A stretch of 64,000 nt of DNA from Candidatus Latescibacterota bacterium. GTDB lineage: Bacteria; Latescibacterota; UBA2968; GCA-2709665. The stretch covers positions 4,096,001 through 4,160,000 of the forward strand of contig OZ220733.1 in NCBI GenBank assembly GCA_965116875.1, in the 5' to 3' direction. Below, piece after piece: positions 17,999-27,842 of the stretch. The translations under genes and the position numbers were made by a program. Each line of letters starts with the position of its first letter. Within the stretch, counting starts at the first letter, position 1. A model generated the notes under the pieces. That model had not been told where the DNA came from, made no database searches, and saw nothing but the letters and a program-made list of their open reading frames with translations.

Positions 17999-19741
17999 AT
18001 GCTAACCAAACTCACTATTCGCAACTTTAAGCGCTTCGGCGAGGTGGAGATCGAACTGGGGAGTCCGGTGGTCTTCATCGGTCCCAACAACTCCGGGAAG
18101 ACCTCTGCCATGCAGGCGCTCGCGCTGTGGGACATCGGTCTCATGCGATGGAATGAGAAGCGTTCCGGCAAGAGTACGCCCGAAAAACGCCCGGGTGTGA
18201 CGATCAACCGGCGCGACCTGGTTGCGATTCCGATTCCTGAGGCGAATCTTCTCTGGCGCGGTCTCCATGTGCGTGACGTTCGGAAGATTGATGGAGAGCA
18301 GCGTACCAGCAACATTCGCATTGAGATCGTTGTAGAGGGCGTTACGAACGACAAGCACTGGAAGTGCGGCCTTGAGTTCGACTACGCGAACGACCAGTCC
18401 TTCTACTGCAGGCCGCTACGGCTATCAGATTGCAAAACGCCAGATCGGATGCCCGTTCCTGCCGAGGCCGGTAGCACACGAATTGCATTCCTGCCGCCAA
18501 TGTCCGGTCTGGCCGCGACGGAGACGCGCCTCGACGAGGGAGCTGTCAACGTACGGATTGGCGAGGGTCGTACGGCAGAAGTCCTGCGTAACCTGTGCTT
18601 CCAGGTCCATCAGTCGCAGCCGGAACAGTGGAATGTGCTTGTTGAGCAAATACGGACCCTTTTTGGATCTAGGCTCGATCCGCCCCGTTACATCGCAGAA
18701 CGGGGAGAGATCGCTATGACTTACCGTGAGCGGCAAGTCAGGCTCGACTTGTCGTCAGCCGGGCGGGGGCTCCAACAGACGCTACTATTGTTGGCCTATA
18801 TGTACTCGAACCCGGGCACTGTGCTGCTGCTCGATGAGCCGGATGCTCACCTGGAGATTCTTCGCCAACGCCAGATATACGGGCTTCTCACCGAAGTGGC
18901 GCGGGTCAGCGGCAGCCAGATAATAGCTGCAAGTCATTCTGAAGTGCTGTTGAACGAGGCTGCGGGCAGAGACCTCGTCGTTGCCTTTGTCGGTCGTCCA
19001 CACCGAATTGACGAACGGAAGAGCCAGGTCGCCAAAGCTTTAAAAGAGATCGGGTATGAACAATATTATCAGGCGGAACAGACCGGGTGGATACTCTACC
19101 TGGAGGGGTCGACTGACCTGTCGATATTGCTGGCATTCGCAAAGCGTCTTAATCATCAACGCGCGATCAAGGCGCTTGAACGGCCATTTGTGCATTACGT
19201 AGGAAACCGCCCACCGGCTGTTCGCCGCCACTTCCATGGATTGCGGGAAGCTTTCCCCGTGCTTCGGGGGGTTGCATTATTTGACCGTATTGAATCCGGG
19301 ATCGGTGACTTGTCCCCTGTTGAATGCCTGAGCTGGGACCGTCAAGAGATAGAGAATTATCTTTCTTCAAGGGCTACACTCTTAGCTTTCGCAGAAGCGC
19401 TGAGTCCCGACGATGTGCCAGGACCCCTATTTGCCGCGCCTGAGAGACAAAGGCGAGTAAAAGCAATGCAAGCGGCAATCGACGGAATCGAGTCCGCACT
19501 CAAAGAGTTGGGTAAGCCGTCGCCATGGAGCGCGGACATTAAGGCCAGTGACGAGTTCCTGGCTCCGCTCTTCGCTTCCTATTTTAAGAGACTTGAACTA
19601 CCGAACTTGTTGGCCAAGAAGAACTTCTATGAACTCGTCGATTGCGTTCCGGAAAACGAAATCGATCCGGAGATCTGCGCGAAACTTGACGCGATTGCGG
19701 CTGTCGCGGAAAGCGCGACACCTGCGGGAGACCCATCTTGA
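17999..19741 (+). CDS. ABC-type ATPase fused to TOPRIM-like domain (OLD-family-like endonuclease)
   Basis: IRNFKRF, Walker A GPNNSGKT, LSSAGRG, Walker B LLLDEPDAHL, ASHS; C-terminal YLEGSTD, ALFDR, DRQEIENYL. Confidence 0.8.
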   Translation: MLTKLTIRNFKRFGEVEIELGSPVVFIGPNNSGKTSAMQALALWDIGLMRWNEKRSGKSTPEKRPGVTINRRDLVAIPIPEANLLWRGLHVRDVRKIDGEQRTSNIRIEIVVEGVTNDKHWKCGLEFDYANDQSFYCRPLRLSDCKTPDRMPVPAEAGSTRIAFLPPMSGLAATETRLDEGAVNVRIGEGRTAEVLRNLCFQVHQSQPEQWNVLVEQIRTLFGSRLDPPRYIAERGEIAMTYRERQVRLDLSSAGRGLQQTLLLLAYMYSNPGTVLLLDEPDAHLEILRQRQIYGLLTEVARVSGSQIIAASHSEVLLNEAAGRDLVVAFVGRPHRIDERKSQVAKALKEIGYEQYYQAEQTGWILYLEGSTDLSILLAFAKRLNHQRAIKALERPFVHYVGNRPPAVRRHFHGLREAFPVLRGVALFDRIESGIGDLSPVECLSWDRQEIENYLSSRATLLAFAEALSPDDVPGPLFAAPERQRRVKAMQAAIDGIESALKELGKPSPWSADIKASDEFLAPLFASYFKRLELPNLLAKKNFYELVDCVPENEIDPEICAKLDAIAAVAESATPAGDPS

Positions 19742-20200
19742 GCCTGACTGCCTTCAATATCGCCAACTTCAAGGCTTTCGCTGCCACTTCCCAGAATGCT
19801 CAACCTGCTGGTTCCCAATATCACGGCCGGGGCACGAGGCCCGTTCCCACGAATTGAAAGAGAGTTCATGGGTAATGATCTGTATCGGACTCGCCGGGTG
19901 GACACCGTACGTGCGTTTATGCCAGTCGACGCGTTGAGTGATCTTGTTTCGGGCGTCCGCGGGTCCTTCGAGAATGAGATACGCAGGCTTAGCTACCTTG
20001 GCCCCTTAAGATCGTATCCGTCCAGGCGTCTTGTGTATTCACAACACGATGATCCAAACAGGTACGCAGGTGGAGGCTATGCGTGGGACGTGGTTCGTGA
20101 CAATCCGGAAGTCATTGAGATTCCCGTCACTCCAGAAGGTGAGTTTGAGCGCACCTGGCCCGGTGGTTTTTTCACTGAGCGCGCGGAGGAGCTATTCTGA
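19738..20200 (+). pseudogene. Internally deleted AAA ATPase / DUF3696-like gene
   Basis: Retains N-terminus LTAFNIANFKAF, a middle YLGPLRSYP segment and C-terminal GEFERTWPGGFFTER.EELF; Walker A/B absent. Confidence 0.6.
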
Positions 20201-20202
20201 TA

Positions 20203-20518
20203 ATGCTTTACGAGTACGCACTGGAACCGGAACTCGTAGCGACCTGGACTGAACGCAAGGCATTTCGTTATTTCCTGTCGAGTTTCGATTTTGGCCAAGG
20301 GCGCGGCGTCTCAAGGTATCCAAAACACCGGTGTGATCTTTAGCGCCGGCCTTGACGAAGCAAAGGACGGTGAAAGTGCTACGGACGATCTCGCATTGAT
20401 GGATCGATACCAATACGACTATCGTTGGTCTCAATATGATGGGGATCGACCGGCAGGTTTTGAACAGGAAGGAGAGGCTATCGAGTTGGTCGGTACGAGA
20501 CGGTTGCCCTCGCCGTAG
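20203..20518 (+). pseudogene. Internally deleted partner gene (N- and C-terminal pieces out of frame)
   Basis: MLYEYALEPELVATW...VSRYPKH (stop 20343) joined near 20329 to GVIFSAGLDE...RWSQY...-stop in another frame. Confidence 0.5.
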
Positions 20519-20543
20519 CCGGCTATTCAGAAATCCAGGATAA

Positions 20544-20714
20544 CTTGCCCGATATCGACCGCCTGGAAGGCATATGCCCCGGCGGTCGGAGTCTTTATCG
20601 CCGGGTACTCTTGCCGCTGCGGGTGAACGATCCGTTCAAGAGCACGTGAAATCACACCGTGGAGACGAAACGCTGGATCTGCCCTATCCGGCCTCCGCCG
20701 TCCGGACAGGGTGA
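20544..20714 (+). pseudogene. Degenerate direct copy of the 3' end of the GGCT-like gene (16441-16612)
   Basis: Colinear DNA match; LPDIDRLEGICPGGRSLYRRVLLPLRVNDPFKST* vs LPALDRLEAFRPGGRSLYRRVLVPVRVKDSFTAAW. Confidence 0.8.
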
Positions 20715-20937
20715 AAACGCTGGTGTTCGCGCGAGATCCAAAGCGCGGCGGCAAGCCAGGCAGCCAGTCCAGTTCGTTATGGCCGCTATGACATTGACGC
20801 CACGTGCAAGCGGACAATGGCACGCGGTTTGCAGATGGTTTCTTTCACTGAAAGAGTCGAAGTGAGACGAATTCAGAACCGTTCTGGTTGAAGTGATGAC
20901 TTTAATTTGACATGTAACTACTAATTGGTAACTTTGG

Positions 20938-21201
20938 ATGTATCAGATCTTGATAAGGAGAAGTGTGCTGCGGCGCATTCAGAGGCTGCCAGACTCGGTT
21001 CAACGAAAGGCAGCCAACCTGGTCGAGGACCTGCGGGACAGCGGGCCGGTCAGAAAAGATTGGCCCAACTATTGCAAACTTGGACAAGATGAGTATCACT
21101 GCCACCTCACGCGTGGCTGGGTCCTCTGTTGGAAATACAAGAAAAACTCTCAAACAATAGAGGTCTACTATGCAGGCAGTTGTGAAAACGCCCCGTATTG
21201 A
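20938..21201 (+). CDS. RelE/HigB-like toxin
   Basis: 87 aa basic protein, WPNYCKL..YHCHL...IEVYYAGS.ENAPY; toxin-first order; TTGACA at 20907. Confidence 0.7.
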   Translation: MYQILIRRSVLRRIQRLPDSVQRKAANLVEDLRDSGPVRKDWPNYCKLGQDEYHCHLTRGWVLCWKYKKNSQTIEVYYAGSCENAPY

Positions 21202-21538
21202 GATTCTCATCAGAGGGGAAATCCCTGACAAGCTGATGTCCGTGCTGAATGAGGAGTACGGTGAACAGATTCGGTTTTCCGGAGCCGACACCGACGATCT
21301 CGTCGATGTATTTGAGACCGACTGGTACCGAAGCGTCAAATCAGGAATGGGGCCGGGAGATAATCTGAGGACGTACCGGGAGAATCGCGGGTTGACGCAG
21401 GCGAGGCTGGGCGAGATGCTGGGCGGTGTTCCTCGCCAGCATATCTCGAATATGGAGCGGGAAGTCCGTTCGATCAGCCTGAAGACCGCGCGAAAATTGG
21501 CACAGATATTTCAAGTGTCACCCGAGAAGTTCATTTAA
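21170..21538 (+). CDS. XRE-family HTH antitoxin (HigA-like)
   Basis: LRTYRENRGLTQARLGEMLG.VPRQHISNMER..RSISLKTARKLA. Confidence 0.85.
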   Translation: MQAVVKTPRIEILIRGEIPDKLMSVLNEEYGEQIRFSGADTDDLVDVFETDWYRSVKSGMGPGDNLRTYRENRGLTQARLGEMLGGVPRQHISNMEREVRSISLKTARKLAQIFQVSPEKFI

Positions 21539-21591
21539 ATCGATGCGTGGCGAAGAAAACACTACAGCCGCTTTTTTGCGAATAGATAGAC

Positions 21592-22866
21592 ATGCCCCAT
21601 CTCCGCTTCATACATACTGCAGACCTGCATCTCGACAGCCCATTTGTTGGGATAAAGGCCGTCGCTCCCGAGAATGTGTCTCGCGCGTTGCACGATGCGA
21701 CGTTCAGCACCTGGGAGAACATCATCAACCTGTGCATCGACGAGGGTGTGGACGCGCTGCTGATCGCGGGCGACGTGTACGATTCGGCCGACCGGAGCCT
21801 GCGCGCGCAGTTGAGATTCGTCGAGGGCCTGAAGCGGCTGGACGAGGCCGGCATACGTTCTTTCGTCTGTCACGGCAATCACGACCCGCTGGATGGTTGG
21901 GAGGCGCGGCTGGAATATCCCGCAAGCTGTACGCGCTTTGGGACGGTGGCTGAGTCGGTCCCGGTGTTTGAGGACGATCCACGTCGCGGAGTCGTGCATG
22001 GAATCAGTTATGCAACACCCGATGTCTCCGACAACCTGGCGCAGCGTCTCGGCAAAGGCGATCCCGATGCGTTTTCTATCGGCCTGGTGCATGCCAACGT
22101 AGACAGCGACACGGCACACGGGAACTACGCGCCCTGCTCGCTGGAAGATCTTGAAGGTTCGGGTATGGACTACTGGGCGCTCGGACACGTACATACAAGG
22201 CAGGTACTCAGAGAACGGTCCCCGGCCGCGATCTATCCGGGCAACCCGCAGGGCAGGCATCCCAACGAGCCCGGCGCGCGCGGCATATATCTCGTCGAGG
22301 TGGACGAAGTGGGGATACCTTCCTTGAATTTCAGGGCAGTAGATACCGTTCGGTGGGAGCAGACCGTTCTGGACATCTCCCGCATAGACACCGAACAGGA
22401 TTTGATCGACGCGTTGCATCAAAGCATGGATGATGCTCTGAATGTCGCGGCAGGCGTGCCGGTCGTGCTGAGGACCACATTGATTGGAAAGGGCAGGCTG
22501 CACGGTTCGTTGCGGCAGCCAGGCTTTTTGGATGGCCTGATGGAGGAAATAAACGGCGAGTGGGCGGAAAAGACACCCTTTGCATGGTGCGAACGCATCG
22601 AGGACGAGACCGCGGCCCCGTTTAATCGGGATGAGCGACTTGAAGGATCCGACTTCCTCGCCGAACTGCTCAGAACCGCCGATCATGCGAAGGAAGACGC
22701 CGATTTGCTGGCCCGTCTGCAAGATGGTCTTAACGACCTCTATCAGCACCGACTCTATCGCAAGCACCTCTCTGTACATGTTCCCGGTGGCGAGGAACTC
22801 TCCACGATGATCGATGAAGCCGAGGCCATTCTCGTAAACCGGCTCGGCGAAGACGACGACGCATGA
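21592..22866 (+). CDS. Metallophosphoesterase DNA repair exonuclease (YhaO/SbcD/Mre11-like)
   Basis: HTADLHLD, AGDVYD, GNHD, YWALGHVH, YPGNPQGRH. Confidence 0.9.
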   Translation: MPHLRFIHTADLHLDSPFVGIKAVAPENVSRALHDATFSTWENIINLCIDEGVDALLIAGDVYDSADRSLRAQLRFVEGLKRLDEAGIRSFVCHGNHDPLDGWEARLEYPASCTRFGTVAESVPVFEDDPRRGVVHGISYATPDVSDNLAQRLGKGDPDAFSIGLVHANVDSDTAHGNYAPCSLEDLEGSGMDYWALGHVHTRQVLRERSPAAIYPGNPQGRHPNEPGARGIYLVEVDEVGIPSLNFRAVDTVRWEQTVLDISRIDTEQDLIDALHQSMDDALNVAAGVPVVLRTTLIGKGRLHGSLRQPGFLDGLMEEINGEWAEKTPFAWCERIEDETAAPFNRDERLEGSDFLAELLRTADHAKEDADLLARLQDGLNDLYQHRLYRKHLSVHVPGGEELSTMIDEAEAILVNRLGEDDDA

Positions 22867-25800
22867 GAATTCGCGACATACGCATCGATGGCTTCGGGCA
22901 GTTTGCCGACAGGCGGTTCGGGGCCCTGGAACGACCCGTGACAGTCTTCTTCGGTCCGAACGAGGCGGGCAAAAGCACGATGCTGGAGTTTGTCCGAAGA
23001 GTGCTTTTCGGTTTTCCACGCAAGAGCGGGAAGGTCAACGCTTATCCGGCATTGGCCGGGGGGAATTATGGAGGCCAGATAACCGTCGAAGGGACGGACG
23101 GGCGTGTGTATGACGTTCGCAGATCGACAGGCAAGAGTTTCAGCGGAGACGTTCTTCTGACTTCTGCAACGGGCGAACCACTACCCGAAACTGAACTGGC
23201 GTCGCTGCTGGGTCACCACTCAAGGGAGGTCTTCGAGACGATATTCGCATTCACCCTCGACGACCTGTACAGCGACGACCTGCTGAGCGACGCGAACGTC
23301 AACAGCCAGATCTACAGCGCGGGCATGGGCGTTACCTCACTTCCGAACGCCGTAAAGTCCATCGAATCTTCCCGCAACGGTATCTTCCTGAAAGGAGGGA
23401 GTACCCAGGAAATCTACGAGATTCACAACAAAATCGAGAAGATCGACGAAAAACTGCGGGAGGTCGCCGGCAACGCGGCAACGTTCGGTGTTCTGACCGA
23501 CCGCCTCGGGCGGATCCAAGTCGAGCTCGGAGACCTGTCTGCCCAGCAATTGGAGACTCAATCCCGGTATAACCGACAGAATACGCTTCAGAAAGGCTGG
23601 GACGCCTGGAATGATCTGAATTCCGCCGAGGAAGAACTGGCTGGCATACCGGACATCGAGAGGTTTCCCGCCGATGGTGTGAATCGCCTGGAAGCATTGC
23701 AAGAGCGTTTGAGCGCCGCTCGGAGGGAATACGAGTCCGCCGAACATCGAGTGTCCAAGGCCGTACAGGCAGCGGACGTCAGGATCAAGCACGAAGGCAT
23801 TCTGAAACATTCGGCCGAAGTCCGAGGGCTGCAAAACGGCCGAACCGCATTCGACGGGTCCGTAAAAGACCTTCCTGAACGCGAGACCGAACTTGAAGGC
23901 CACATAAGAGCGCTGGCCGAAACTCTGAAAAACCTGGGGCCAGACTGGGACGAATGCCGCTTGGAAGGATTCGATCTTTCTGTAGCGGTACGCCAGGAGA
24001 TTTCCGAACACGGCGACAGATTGCGTCGCGCATCCGAGGAGCTGTCCGAATGCAAGTCAGCCCTACAACAGGAAATGGCGTCCCTCGAGGAGGCCAGGGA
24101 CGCTGAGAACAGCGCCCAACGCGTGTTCGAGGAGGCCAAAAAACCAGGATTGAATGCCGACCAGATACGACTGCGCCGCAACCTGGTGCGCGCCACAAGG
24201 TCGAAGCTCGATGGTATCAACCGCCAGCGACAAAACGTCCTGAATCTCAGGAGTCAACTCGAATCCCTCGAGAGTACAGCGTCTGATGCCGGTGGATCGG
24301 GCAGGAACACCGCTGTAGCGGCAGTCAGCTTCGGGATCGGGCTGGTGTTCCTGATCGGCGGAGCGGTTCTTGGTGGAACCGCACTCTTCATTGGTGTCTC
24401 GGCCGGAATCGCGCTCGCAGGCATGGGCATGTACGTATTGGTAACCGGTAAGTCCGGCCCGGTGCGCGGTGGTGAATCCCCGCTCGCGTCCCCTCTTCGC
24501 GAGTCCCTGCGCCGCGCCGAAGCGGACCTCGAGGATCTCCAGTCACAGATGATGAAGGACGCAGCGCCACTCAATCTCGAATCGATCGATGAATCCTCGC
24601 TCCTCGCGGCCGAACAGACGATCGATGAAGAGGAGGACCTGTTTCAGGAACGAACTCGGCTTGCCGAAACCCTCGAGGCTGCGAAGGCACTTGCAAAGCA
24701 AAGGCGGGCTCGCGCTGACAGCTCTGCCGCCGCCGTCGAGGAAGCGGAGGGTCGACTCAATTCGGCGCAGCGTGAATGGCAGGAATGGCTGACGGCGCGT
24801 GGCCTGTCTGAAACCTTCACGCCCGAGACGGCCGACGTGCTTCAGAGCCAGGTCGAACTTGGTCGAAGCCGGCTTGACGACGTGCGTAGCTGGCAGCAGC
24901 GCATCCAGGCCATCCGGAAAGACATCGACGAATACAACGAGGTGGTTGAGCCGCTTGCGACCGCCTTCGACGTCCCGTTCGATCGAAACGACCCACGCAT
25001 CGTCGCTGCTGCCGCCGACAGACTCGTCGAGTTGATGGAGGAAGTCCGGGAGGCCGTAAGAAGTCGGACCGACGCGGAACTCGATCTGGAAAATGCTCGG
25101 CGCCACTCGGACGAGCGGAACAGCGACCTGAAAAACGCGAAAGATGAGCTTGAGCTCTTGCTGAAATCCGGCGGCGCGGACGACACTGAAGCGTTCCGCG
25201 AGCGTGCGATTCTTTCCGAACAGCGAACGGAACTTGAAGAGAAAGCCCGTGATGCGCACGATCGGCTTCAACGCCTGAGCGGACCTGGCGAACCCCTTGA
25301 ATTGCTGAAATCGGATCTTGGCAGCACGAATCTTCAAGCCATCGCCGACGAGATTGAGGGTCTGGAGAAGGAACGGACGTCTGGCAATGCCCAGCGCGAG
25401 GCGCTGTCGACCCAACGAGGATCCATCCAGACCGAACTGGACGGGCTTGTCGGCGAGGAGGAGTCGTCGCGGCTGCGGATGGAAAGAAACGTGCTCCTGG
25501 AGCAACTGAGGGGCCACGCGCGTGACTGGACCCGGCTTACGATTGCCCGGAACCTGCTCGCCGAAGCGCGGCGGAAATTCGAGCGCGAGCGGCAGCCAGG
25601 CGTTATCCGGCACGCTGAAGAATTCTTCACTGCGATTACCGGTGGGCGGTACCGGCAGGTTTATGCTCCTCTTGGTGAACAGACGATTACGGTTACCGAC
25701 GCCGATGGACGGACGAAGCAGCCCTCGGATCTCAGCCGGGGCACGCGTGAGCAACTGTTCCTCTCGCTCCGGTTCGGGCTGATCCGCGAGCTGGGGGAGC

Positions 25801-26003
25801 GGACGGAACCGCTGCCGGTCGTCGTGGACGAGGTCCTGGTCAACTTCGATCCTGACCGCGCGCTTCGGGCGGCCGTCGCCTTCACTGAGCTGTCCAGGAC
25901 CAACCAGGTACTGGTATTCACCTGCCACCCAACGGTCGTCGAACTGTTGCGAAACGCGGCATCCGAGTCAGGGGTCGAGAAACCGGATGTCGTTGGGATC
26001 TAG
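22863..26003 (+). CDS. YhaN-like SMC/Rad50-type ATPase with coiled coil and central hydrophobic hairpin
   Basis: GPNEAGKST, LSRGTREQLFLSLR, VVVDEVLVNFD, FTCH; ATGA overlap with the nuclease. Confidence 0.9.
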   Translation: MRIRDIRIDGFGQFADRRFGALERPVTVFFGPNEAGKSTMLEFVRRVLFGFPRKSGKVNAYPALAGGNYGGQITVEGTDGRVYDVRRSTGKSFSGDVLLTSATGEPLPETELASLLGHHSREVFETIFAFTLDDLYSDDLLSDANVNSQIYSAGMGVTSLPNAVKSIESSRNGIFLKGGSTQEIYEIHNKIEKIDEKLREVAGNAATFGVLTDRLGRIQVELGDLSAQQLETQSRYNRQNTLQKGWDAWNDLNSAEEELAGIPDIERFPADGVNRLEALQERLSAARREYESAEHRVSKAVQAADVRIKHEGILKHSAEVRGLQNGRTAFDGSVKDLPERETELEGHIRALAETLKNLGPDWDECRLEGFDLSVAVRQEISEHGDRLRRASEELSECKSALQQEMASLEEARDAENSAQRVFEEAKKPGLNADQIRLRRNLVRATRSKLDGINRQRQNVLNLRSQLESLESTASDAGGSGRNTAVAAVSFGIGLVFLIGGAVLGGTALFIGVSAGIALAGMGMYVLVTGKSGPVRGGESPLASPLRESLRRAEADLEDLQSQMMKDAAPLNLESIDESSLLAAEQTIDEEEDLFQERTRLAETLEAAKALAKQRRARADSSAAAVEEAEGRLNSAQREWQEWLTARGLSETFTPETADVLQSQVELGRSRLDDVRSWQQRIQAIRKDIDEYNEVVEPLATAFDVPFDRNDPRIVAAAADRLVELMEEVREAVRSRTDAELDLENARRHSDERNSDLKNAKDELELLLKSGGADDTEAFRERAILSEQRTELEEKARDAHDRLQRLSGPGEPLELLKSDLGSTNLQAIADEIEGLEKERTSGNAQREALSTQRGSIQTELDGLVGEEESSRLRMERNVLLEQLRGHARDWTRLTIARNLLAEARRKFERERQPGVIRHAEEFFTAITGGRYRQVYAPLGEQTITVTDADGRTKQPSDLSRGTREQLFLSLRFGLIRELGERTEPLPVVVDEVLVNFDPDRALRAAVAFTELSRTNQVLVFTCHPTVVELLRNAASESGVEKPDVVGI

Positions 26004-26024
26004 GAGGATCCGGGGTTCCGGATT

Positions 26025-27842
26025 CTACCCGTCGTACCACCCCGCCTGCAGCGCCCACATCCGGGCGTACTCTCCGTTACGGGCGATCAATTCGTCGTGG
26101 GACCCTTCTTCCACGAGCCGCCCATCCATGAGGACGAGAATCCGGTCGCACATCCGGGCCGAGCCCAGCCGATGTGAGACCACGATCGTGGTGCGATCGC
26201 CGGCCATGGCGAGAAAGCGGCGGAAGACGTCGGCCTCGGCCACGGGATCCAGAGATGCGGTCGGCTCGTCGAGGACAACGAGATCGGCGTCTCTCATGAA
26301 TCCCCTGGAGATCGCGACTCGCTGCCACTCCCCGCCCGACAGTTCCGTCGCGCCTTCGAATTCCCTGCCAAGCGGCGTTTCATAACCGTCCGGGAGCCGG
26401 CCGGCGACGGCGTCGGCGCCGCCCCGTCGCGCCGCGCGTTCGATTTCGCCAGGCTCCCGCATCCGTTCCCAGCGTCCGAAACCGATGTTCTCACCAAGCG
26501 TAAAGGCAAAGCGGGTGTAGTCCTGGAAGACCCCGGTGGACCGGTCCCAATATGCGTCACGGTTCGTTCGGTTCGCCGGGAGGTCGCCGTAGTTCAGTTT
26601 GCCCGCGGTAGGATGGAACAGCCCCAGCAGCACCTTGACCAGAGTGGTCTTGCCGGAACCGTTCGCGCCGACAAGGGCGACCCGCTCGCCGGGTCGTACG
26701 GCCAGGTTGACTCCCCTGAGGGCATGTCGCTCGGCCTGAGGATAGCGGAAGGAGAGGTCTTTGGTTGTGATTGCCTTTGTCTTGAGTGAGGCGATGATGG
26801 CGCCACCGGGCGGGTCTTCGGGGCCGAGGTCCAGGTAAATGAACAGGTCGGCGACGTTCATCAGTTGAATAGCAAGAAAGCTCATGCGATTTACGAGGTG
26901 GTCGACTCCCGTTCGCGCCTGACGCAGGGCGACCAGCATTGCCGCGAACTGTCCGGCGGACAGCCCGCCCCCGAGGACCGCCCACGCCGACCAGCCGACG
27001 GCGCCGGCAAACGCCGACAGGCTGACGGCGGACAGGCAGCCGCCTGTGGCGTGATGTTTGCGTCTCTGGCGGTACAGGGGATCTGCGACCTGCCAATACA
27101 GGTGATCCCACCACCCGGCCAGGACCGACCCGAGCCGAAACACCCGTACCTCCTTTGCGTCCTCCCTCTCTGTAAGGATACGTTCCAGGTATGCGCGCAG
27201 ACGCTGCGCCTGGGTCTGGCGACGTTCCAGGTAGAACTCGTGCACGTTATGGTAAAGGCCGGCAAGCGGCGGCGGCAGCGAGACGAGGAGGATTGCCACG
27301 AGCAGGTACGGGTCCCAGAACCCGACGACAATGCCAACGGAAACCACCGTCAGCCCGCCGGTCAGGATCCGGTAGATTGCACCAAGCAGGTTCAGGAAAA
27401 AGCCGGGCGTCGCCGCTACCTGCGCACGCCGTATCAGGTCGTGGAAATCCGCCCGCTCGAAGACATCCAGACGGAGTGACCGGGACTTGATCTGGAGTTG
27501 CTCGAGAAGCCTGTCTTCCATCTCCTGCTTGAGCCGCTCGAGCAGGATGGTACGCGACCATGTCCGGAGGCCGATTTCGGCGAGGGTAACGGACGCCCAG
27601 CCCGCGAGCCAGGGCAGCATCGAATTAACGGGAATCCGGCCCTCGTAAACGCCAACACTGTGATCGAATAATTCACGTACGACCCAGACGGTCGCGGCTG
27701 GCAGCATGCCGCTCGTGAACTCCAGCAAAAGGGAAAGGACCGACCGCCAGGGATCGATGCGGATCATCCAGCCCAGGAACCTGATGAGTGTCCGGAGACC
27801 GCGCGGACGCCGTTTTACCGGATCGGTTTCTACCTGTACCAC
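26025..27842 (-). CDS. ABC exporter, fused TMD-NBD (subunit 2 of a probable heterodimer)
   Basis: GANGSGKT, LSGGEWQR, LDEPT, VSHR; GTG 27842 after ggagg, overlapping the upstream gene end. Confidence 0.88.
   Translation of the reverse strand: MVQVETDPVKRRPRGLRTLIRFLGWMIRIDPWRSVLSLLLEFTSGMLPAATVWVVRELFDHSVGVYEGRIPVNSMLPWLAGWASVTLAEIGLRTWSRTILLERLKQEMEDRLLEQLQIKSRSLRLDVFERADFHDLIRRAQVAATPGFFLNLLGAIYRILTGGLTVVSVGIVVGFWDPYLLVAILLVSLPPPLAGLYHNVHEFYLERRQTQAQRLRAYLERILTEREDAKEVRVFRLGSVLAGWWDHLYWQVADPLYRQRRKHHATGGCLSAVSLSAFAGAVGWSAWAVLGGGLSAGQFAAMLVALRQARTGVDHLVNRMSFLAIQLMNVADLFIYLDLGPEDPPGGAIIASLKTKAITTKDLSFRYPQAERHALRGVNLAVRPGERVALVGANGSGKTTLVKVLLGLFHPTAGKLNYGDLPANRTNRDAYWDRSTGVFQDYTRFAFTLGENIGFGRWERMREPGEIERAARRGGADAVAGRLPDGYETPLGREFEGATELSGGEWQRVAISRGFMRDADLVVLDEPTASLDPVAEADVFRRFLAMAGDRTTIVVSHRLGSARMCDRILVLMDGRLVEEGSHDELIARNGEYARMWALQAGWYDG

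Noticed and set aside
17999-20518. Assignment to a named system (Gabija, Septu, PARIS, retron)
   Set aside because: The required partners (UvrD helicase, HNH nuclease, separate AriB, reverse transcriptase) are not present
21562-23019. Long antisense ORFs here and elsewhere (e.g. 3597-4946, 9850-11043, 24543-25928, 35431-36546, 42389-43561)
   Set aside because: Expected shadows of real genes in GC-rich DNA; the opposite strand carries the family motifs
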